The position numbers were made by a program, and so were the translations under genes. A stretch of DNA of 63,499 bases, counting the filler, from Octopus bimaculoides (Eukaryota), in NCBI RefSeq assembly GCF_001194135.2. It is 5 parts of 4 records of this genome, joined end to end, with 100 filler letters (N's around TTAATTAATTAA, not from the genome) between each part and the next. Parts side by side here need not be neighbours in the genome. Positions count along the whole stretch, not along the records: positions 55,552 to 63,499 come from NC_069000.1; 4 more parts are not named here. One strand, written 5' to 3'. This document shows, one piece after another, positions 63,176-63,499 of the stretch. The notes under the pieces are model-generated. The model was given only the letters and a program-made list of their open reading frames with translations, was not told the origin of the DNA and did no database searches. Every line of letters starts with the position of its first letter. The stretch's first letter is position 1.

Positions 63176-63499
63176 TTTGAAGAAAAGCAACAAAAATGTA
63201 TTAGGTTATAGCAGTACGTACGCTTCGTACAAACTTCATTTATTTATGTGCAATGAAAATGTACTCCTCAGCTGCATAATGGAAGTTCATTTCAGAAAGT
63301 CATTTTGTAAATGTGTGCAAATACAAGAGTAGATGAAAAAAATACCATCTTGACTGGGCTGTTAATCAACAGTCTAGTGGACCAGACAGAAATTTAATTT
63401 CTATATATATTCTATTAGTTCTTTCTAGAAGGAGGGGTAAGATAGCAGTAATTTCAATTTAGAGGAAGGTAGATTAGGTAGCAAGGGACAGCAGGTTAG
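63176..63499 (-). mobile_element. Penelope-like terminal repeat, second copy
   Basis: Collinear with 42088-42437, with a ~23-bp deletion. Confidence 0.85.
63211..63275 (-). ncRNA. Hammerhead motif with GAAA>GAAG core change
   Basis: GCAG-CTGAGGA-GTAC..GTAC-GAAGC-GTAC-GTA-CTGC. Confidence 0.7.

Overview
AT-rich, gap-ridden animal DNA, most likely an octopus draft assembly (inferred from the SINE families and the dense TA/CA/TAG/TAA/TATC microsatellites). It is not one contiguous locus: four identical 100-bp linkers (44 N + TTAATTAATTAA + 44 N) join five scaffolds (1-22232, 22333-30650, 30751-44501, 44602-55451, 55552-63499). The only supportable host gene is the catalytic exon of a galactose-3-O-sulfotransferase (61968-63111). 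The rest is repeats: four tRNA-derived SINE families (my labels A-D), decayed L1/Tx1, R4/Dong-type and RTE LINEs, Penelope-like elements (PLEs), Tc1, mariner and Tigger relics, a DINE-1/HINE-like fragment and three foldback elements. Most long ORFs in the track are gap or microsatellite artefacts. Best leads: (i) a 1.7-kb ORF1-only Tx1-like element inserted with a perfect 13-bp TSD inside a SINE head and sharing its 3' tail with that SINE family, hinting at a SINE-head-targeting LINE/SINE system; (ii) several minimal hammerhead ribozyme motifs, one with an intact core; (iii) a SINE flanked by a 78-bp direct repeat; (iv) a stack of R4/Dong fragments in (TAA)n arrays. All were read by eye; no searches were run.
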